Shown here: positions 61,177 through 64,000 of the stretch, piece after piece
How positions within the stretch are numbered: position 1 is the stretch's first letter
Layout: every line of letters begins with the position of its first letter
DNA from: Selaginella moellendorffii
Taxonomy: Eukaryota; Plantae; Lycopodiophyta
Assembly (NCBI RefSeq): GCF_000143415.4
Contig: NW_003314278.1
Coordinates: 1,262,673 to 1,326,672, forward strand
Reading direction: 5' to 3'
Length of the DNA stretch: 64,000 nt
Program-made: the position numbers and the translations under genes
The notes under the pieces: model-generated
Database searches by the model: none
What the model was told of the DNA's origin: nothing
What the model saw: the letters and a program-made list of their open reading frames with translations, nothing else

Positions 61177-61662
61177 ATCACACTCCACAAGTAGTAGTAA
61201 CTGTTGCTGGGTGGATTTTGGTAGAGCAGTGTAGCGAAGTAGTAGTCGTGGAAGGAGGAATATTTTTTGGCTGGAGTGATTCTTTGGAGCCACGAGCGAA
61301 GCAAGGAAGCAACATAAATAAAATGGATCAAAAAATATTATTCAGGAATTAAATTCTATAAAATAATAAAATTTAAAATGAAAACAGTAAAATATAACAT
61401 AGAATATAAATAGAATAAATTAGAGTAATAAAATACAACATATGCAACATATACTCTTTAATAATAAATTTCAAGCCATGATTCTCATTACATAATCTTG
61501 TAAACAAAATTTCAATAAATACAAAAAAAATTCTAGTTATCTCAGTTTTTGAAAAAACGTTTTATGGAGTCCCTTCTTGAACTATAACATTAAATATCTG
61601 TACTACATTATTTAATAATCTTGCCTAAATTCAAACAAAATTGATACAAGCTATTAACACTA

Positions 61663-61951
61663 CATGCTTTATTTCGTTAAATTGGAACTTATTCAGTAAA
61701 GTGGGACATTAATTAGCATGTGTCCACATGCCATTTCCTAGTACTTAATTAATATTTATTAATATTTCTATCATTTTTTTAATTTATTTTTTATATTTCA
61801 CAATATTATAACACAAAATCATATAAAAAGTTTTTAATTTATAAATTATAAAGCTAAAACTTCAATTTTTTATTGTTGTTATAAAAATGGCATGTAGCCA
61901 CACACCATAAGTGGGATAATGAAAAATTCCACTTTAACAAAATAAAGCATC
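61663..61951. mobile_element. MITE, 289 bp, ~30-bp TIRs, TA target duplication (Tc1/mariner-Stowaway-like)
   Basis: CATGCTTTATTTCGTTAAATTGGAA / rc GATGCTTTATTTTGTTAAAGTGGAA. Absent from the paralogous site near 35355-35370 (empty ACACTACCC). Confidence 0.85.
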
Positions 61952-63546
61952 TACCCTTGCATGTCAAATTCTTTGTCAAGCTTGCATTTCAAATTTTCCC
62001 CCTCTTAGCCTTATGGTTTTTTCTTAGGTTTTATTATTTGGGTTCTCTAGGGTTCGCCACTACTGGTTCATCTTAGGAGGCATTTTTCCTTCCTCTCTAG
62101 CACATCCTAAGCACATATCTCTTCCACACTGTTTTGGTTTGTTTATGGCCATGGTAAGTTTCTAGGCATGTGCTCTCCAAGTGCACACCAAGAAATCTCA
62201 AGATTCTTTGGAGAAACTCAAATTTGAGTTTGGCTAAGCATTAGCCCACACACTAGCTTAAAAAACACAAGAGACCATGAGAGAGAGAGAGAGTGTGTGT
62301 GTTAGAAATCCTTACATTTTTGAAAAATGAGTGTGAGACCATGCTTGTTCAAAGTTAAGTAACCCCCATTTCTTTGGTCATTTTACAAACTTACACTTAC
62401 CAATCTGTTTCTCTCTTAATTTGACTTTGGTTTATTGTGAGCTCATATTCTTTCATCAATACATTAAATTGGGTCTTTAGCGTGCAAGTGCATGCTAGAA
62501 ATTCTTTAACTTCGTGTGTGCTTATTTTATGTATTTTTATTTATTTTCGCTATATATTGTCATGTTTTGTTTACTAATATTCACAAAAAGAGCTTTGTTT
62601 TTTAATTTCCTATTTGCTTGTCTTTTTTTTTGTACTTTTTTCCTTCTATTTATGTTTTGATATTTGTAATTTTCTTTGTTTTTGTCAAGTTGTTAAAGGA
62701 GATGTAATAGAGATTGTTTGGGATAATGGAGAATCAATTGCAAAGGGGAAGAATAGAATCTTTAGATGCTACTTGCATTTGTCACTGTGCTTCTTTAAGA
62801 GTTAAATGTGTTTTGCTTTGCATTATTAAGGTGTTTAACTCAAATTACTCCCCCCTTAGAGGTGAGTTGGATGTTAGTGGGTTTTCTATATAGAAGCAAA
62901 ATCAACTAATGTCTCCAATAGAGATATTTCCTACCAAAATCTCCTAGGGAAATACAATTGGAACACAGAGGAATAATGATGATGATTTGCTATTCCACAG
63001 AAGATAGAGAGTAAAAATATTTCCGAGGCAAAAATATCCCTAATTCTGGTTGTTTTTCTATAGATATAAATGCTTGTAATATATGGTATAAAGCTTTTGT
63101 GAAGATAGTGGATGCTATACATGCAGTTATGGCTGAAGGACTAGTTATTGTTGTAGACCCTCAAGATGCTCTACACAACATAACTTTAGGGTGGGATTAT
63201 ATTGGAATCTCAATCTCTTCTTTTATTGATGTTTCAAGTAAGTTGGAAATAAGTAGTCTAGTTCACTGGAAACTATCCCAAACTCTTTTTGGTAAAAATA
63301 TACCATCTACCATACTAATAAACACTTGTATTTCTTTTTCATATTATTGAAAATGAAAATATACATTTATCAAATAAGGTATTAAGAAGCAATCAAGAAA
63401 ATAGAAATCAAATACTAAGGATTTAATAAGTGGAGGTCCCATGGGGATGATAGGGAATAAAAATAATAGTTAATCAAAGCATGGACAGCAATAAAAGATA
63501 AAAAATACAAGAATCAAGAATCTAAAAACCTGTATCAATAACAACC

Positions 63547-64000
63547 TTGAGGACAACAACACTTAGAATACAACCACTACTCAGCTTAGACGTTTTGAAC
63601 ATTACCATCGATTGGAGAATGCAGACCGTCATAGTGAGGATGTGCACAACTTTATACAACACAATTAGAGGTAGGCCACAATTACTTTACAACAATTTAA
63701 CACAACAAAAACTCATAAACAAAATAGCTATAGTATGCACTTTTATTCGATCCTGAAGTTGGTGAGCAATGACCTTGTTGAAAACTGATCAAATTTACTG
63801 AGCTGAGTACAATGTAGCAATAAAAAATACCAATACATAAAATCGTGTTAGTCTACACCACATGATTCTACAACTACACAACATTTCCTTGAGAAGAACA
63901 CAACAAACCAAAGACAACAATAACAAAATTAGGAAAGCAAATTCAAGAAAATGATAACTAAAAAAAACTCTAGCACAGCATCGAATGTACAAACACAACC
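63547..64000 (+). repeat. Direct repeat of 33109-33560
   Basis: TTGAGGACAACAACACTTAGAATACA...CAAACNCAACC present at both loci. Confidence 0.9.

Overview
This is a repeat-dominated eukaryotic window. It is almost certainly a land plant; the ~47-64 nt GT-AG introns and PLS-type PPR repeats suggest a Selaginella-like lycophyte (inference). No intact host gene is evident. Contents in order: (1) A decayed non-chromovirus Ty3/gypsy pol (1-2661 + 16736-17495) split by a 14-kb rearranged chromovirus complex (TSD GCCTA). Both chromovirus integrase copies carry two short spliceosomal-type introns. (2) A 9.05-kb Mutator-like (MULE) DNA transposon (18717-27765; TIRs, degenerate 9-bp TSD). It encodes a DDE/SWIM transposase and, divergently, an 11-exon gene for a ParB/Srx-like domain fused to a beta-class (N4-C/N6-A type) DNA methyltransferase. 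Six palindromes lie between the two genes. This is the best candidate for an undescribed system. (3) A compact 4.67-kb Ty3 element with short LTRs, a tRNA-Ala-type PBS and a 4-bp TSD. (4) Three SEC16 3'-fragment pseudogene copies, plus RRP5, SKP1-like and PPR fragments. (5) A decayed PIF/Harbinger element carrying a cyclophilin (CYP26-2-like) fragment. (6) A short LTR containing a 5S rRNA-like internal promoter (Cassandra-like). (7) A ~4-kb inverted segmental duplication, a MITE and a 174-nt assembly gap. All protein assignments are by motif recognition only; no searches were run.
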